Assembly: GCA_963771275.1 (NCBI GenBank)
Contig: CAVYSW010000003.1
Location: forward strand, 992,001 to 1,056,000
Length of the DNA stretch: 64,000 bases
Direction of reading: 5' to 3'
Origin: an uncultured Gemmatimonadales bacterium
GTDB taxonomy: Bacteria; Gemmatimonadota; Gemmatimonadetes; Gemmatimonadales; GWC2-71-9
Positions 62,129 to 64,000 of the stretch are shown one piece after another. A program made the translations under genes and the position numbers. The notes beneath the pieces are model-generated. The model was not told the DNA's origin and ran no database searches. It was given only the letters and a program-made list of their open reading frames with translations. The first letter of the stretch is position 1. Each line of letters begins with the position of its first letter.

Positions 62129-64000
62129 CTAGAACGTCACGTCGTAGGTGACGACGAGGCTGCGCTTGGGCTCCGGCCGGAAGAAGCTCACGTTCGAGAA
62201 TTCGGCGTAGAGCGCGTTGGTCAGGTTCGTGACGCCCAGGGAAAGGCGGTGCGCGAGCGTGCCGCGTCGCAGGACCGTCATGCCGGCGCGGATCGACATC
62301 GTCGTGAACGCCGGCAGCGTCGTGCCGATCGGGTTGCCCGGCGCGATCTCGGGATCCTTCCGCTCGAAGTTGTGCCGCGCGCGGTACTCAGCGAAGAACC
62401 GGTCGCTCGCGTCCTCGAACCGCACGAACCCCACGATCTGTGAGGAAAACGCGTCGCCGATCGGGTTGTTCTGGTCCTGGGTCACGTCCTTGGTGGCGAG
62501 GTGCGTGAAGTTGCCTCCCAGCGTGACCCCGACCGGCAGGCGCAGATCGCCGTTCAGCTCGATACCGCGTGCGCGCAGCCGGTCCACGTTGACGTTCTGG
62601 TAGACCGGCAGACCACCGATCACCGAGTCCGGCACCGCCTCGATCCGGATCCCGTTGGCGATCTGGTTCTGGAACACGAACCCCTCCACGAACACGAGCC
62701 GGTCGCGGTAGCGCAGGCCCAGGTCTCCATTGAGGCTCGTTTCGGCCTTGAGGCTCGTGTTCGGGATCTCGTAGCCGAACCCCTCGGGGGTCGGGCCGTT
62801 GAAGAACCGCTCGATCAGGTTGGGTGATCGGAACGCGCGCCCGAAGGATCCCACGAGACTCACCCGATCGGTGATGCCGACGATCGCGTTGACCGAGCCG
62901 ACGAGGGTCCGGTCGGTGGCGCTGACGGCGGAGCCGGTGACGCCGGGCGTCGAATCGGCGTGCGCGTGCACGTCCTGGTAGCGCGCGCCCACGATGAGCG
63001 AGGCGCGGTCGGCCAGACGGAACTCGCTCTGCGCGAACAGGCCCACGCTGCGGAAGCGCGCCCGCGGTACCAGCGGCGCCGTCGACGAATCGGTCATCAG
63101 CGGGCCGAAGCCGTACATCGTCGTCAAGTTGGTGTCGCTGTTCTGCGAGGCGTCACGGAAGATGTCGCCGCCGTACGTGAGCGCGACGCGGGAGCCCAGC
63201 AGCTTCTTCGCCTCCAGTCGGCCGCCGAGCGTCGCGATGTCGGTGAAGTTGCGCTGCGTGACGAGCAGGCCCGACGCCGTGTCGAACGGGATCCCGATAT
63301 CGAGCGACAGGCGCCGCCGGTTGGTCTGGCGGTAGCCGATCACCTCCACGCGGTCGGCGATCGGCAGCTCCAGGCTCACCCCGGTGTACCCGGCGGTCAC
63401 CTTGGTGAAGCGCTGGTAGGGATAGCGAATCTGGATGTCCGGCTCACCGGGAGCGTACGCCGCCGGATCCACGTATCCGAACGCCGCCGAGTCGGCGGCG
63501 TACCGCTCGTAGCGCACATACAGATCCTGCCCGCGCCCCAGCCGATACCCCAGGTACCCTTCTCCGCTGTAATCCCGGAGGCCGGTGTCGTTCACTCGCG
63601 TGTCGTTCGCGAGCGTAATGTCTCCAAAGCTCCCGGCCGGGGCGAAGTAGGGCGCCGTGTGCCGGAAGGCGCCCCGCCCGAGCAACGAAACGGCGCCGAA
63701 CCGCGCCGTGACGGCACCGCGAACGTTCTGCTGATCGTCGTCCGTGCTGTAGCGGTAGCCCGCCGTCCCGTGGAGGCCCTCGAGCTGCGGCCGCTGCGTG
63801 ATGATGTTCACCACGCCCCCGATCGCGTCGCTTCCGTAGAGTACCGACGCCGGCCCGCGGACGATCTCCACCCGGTCCACGCTGGCGATGTCGACCAGGC
63901 CGGGGATCTCGCCGAAGTCCGACTGGCGGCGGCTGTTGTTGAGCCGCAGCCCGTCTTCGAGCAGGAGCACGCGCTGCCCGCTCTGGCCGCGGATCACCGG
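62129..64000 (-). CDS. TonB-dependent receptor (5' end outside window)
   Basis: Plug motif IRG...LLLEDG...RVEIVRGPASVLYGSDAIGGVVNIIT; AFRSPN, LKAETS, NLTN, C-terminal F. Confidence 0.93.
   Translation of the reverse strand, partial: PVIRGQSGQRVLLLEDGLRLNNSRRQSDFGEIPGLVDIASVDRVEIVRGPASVLYGSDAIGGVVNIITQRPQLEGLHGTAGYRYSTDDDQQNVRGAVTARFGAVSLLGRGAFRHTAPYFAPAGSFGDITLANDTRVNDTGLRDYSGEGYLGYRLGRGQDLYVRYERYAADSAAFGYVDPAAYAPGEPDIQIRYPYQRFTKVTAGYTGVSLELPIADRVEVIGYRQTNRRRLSLDIGIPFDTASGLLVTQRNFTDIATLGGRLEAKKLLGSRVALTYGGDIFRDASQNSDTNLTTMYGFGPLMTDSSTAPLVPRARFRSVGLFAQSEFRLADRASLIVGARYQDVHAHADSTPGVTGSAVSATDRTLVGSVNAIVGITDRVSLVGSFGRAFRSPNLIERFFNGPTPEGFGYEIPNTSLKAETSLNGDLGLRYRDRLVFVEGFVFQNQIANGIRIEAVPDSVIGGLPVYQNVNVDRLRARGIELNGDLRLPVGVTLGGNFTHLATKDVTQDQNNPIGDAFSSQIVGFVRFEDASDRFFAEYRARHNFERKDPEIAPGNPIGTTLPAFTTMSIRAGMTVLRRGTLAHRLSLGVTNLTNALYAEFSNVSFFRPEPKRSLVVTYDVTF

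Overview
High-GC (roughly 70%) bacterial chromosomal window. Gene content (several Hanks-type Ser/Thr kinases, SARP/BTAD regulator, S9/S41 peptidases, Omp85 and TonB-dependent proteins) suggests Gemmatimonadota; this assignment is inference. About 55 CDSs and one tRNA-Cys(GCA) are visible, with no integrase, transposase or CRISPR array. Four elements stand out. (1) At 0.2-8.3 kb, a USP, a DosS-like GAF kinase and an OmpR-type two-component system lie directly upstream of a Cyc2-like cytochrome-porin fusion, two paralogous c-type cytochromes and a second porin, a candidate oxygen-regulated extracellular electron transfer module. (2) An unannotated ~430-nt, highly structured, promoter- and terminator-bounded RNA lies on the minus strand at 49.44-49.87 kb. 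It has a kissing loop and possible pseudoknot, resembles the raiA-motif RNA, and is preceded by DnaA-box-like 9-mers. (3) A Ser/Thr kinase-Omp85-SARP operon is followed by a SARP-type heptamer-repeat promoter in front of a lipoprotein gene. (4) A decayed region next to tRNA-Cys contains a frameshifted MOSC gene and a kinase/cupin chimera, and a dif-like AT-rich 28-mer lies at 46.2 kb. All calls come from reading the sequence and motif recognition; no database searches were run.
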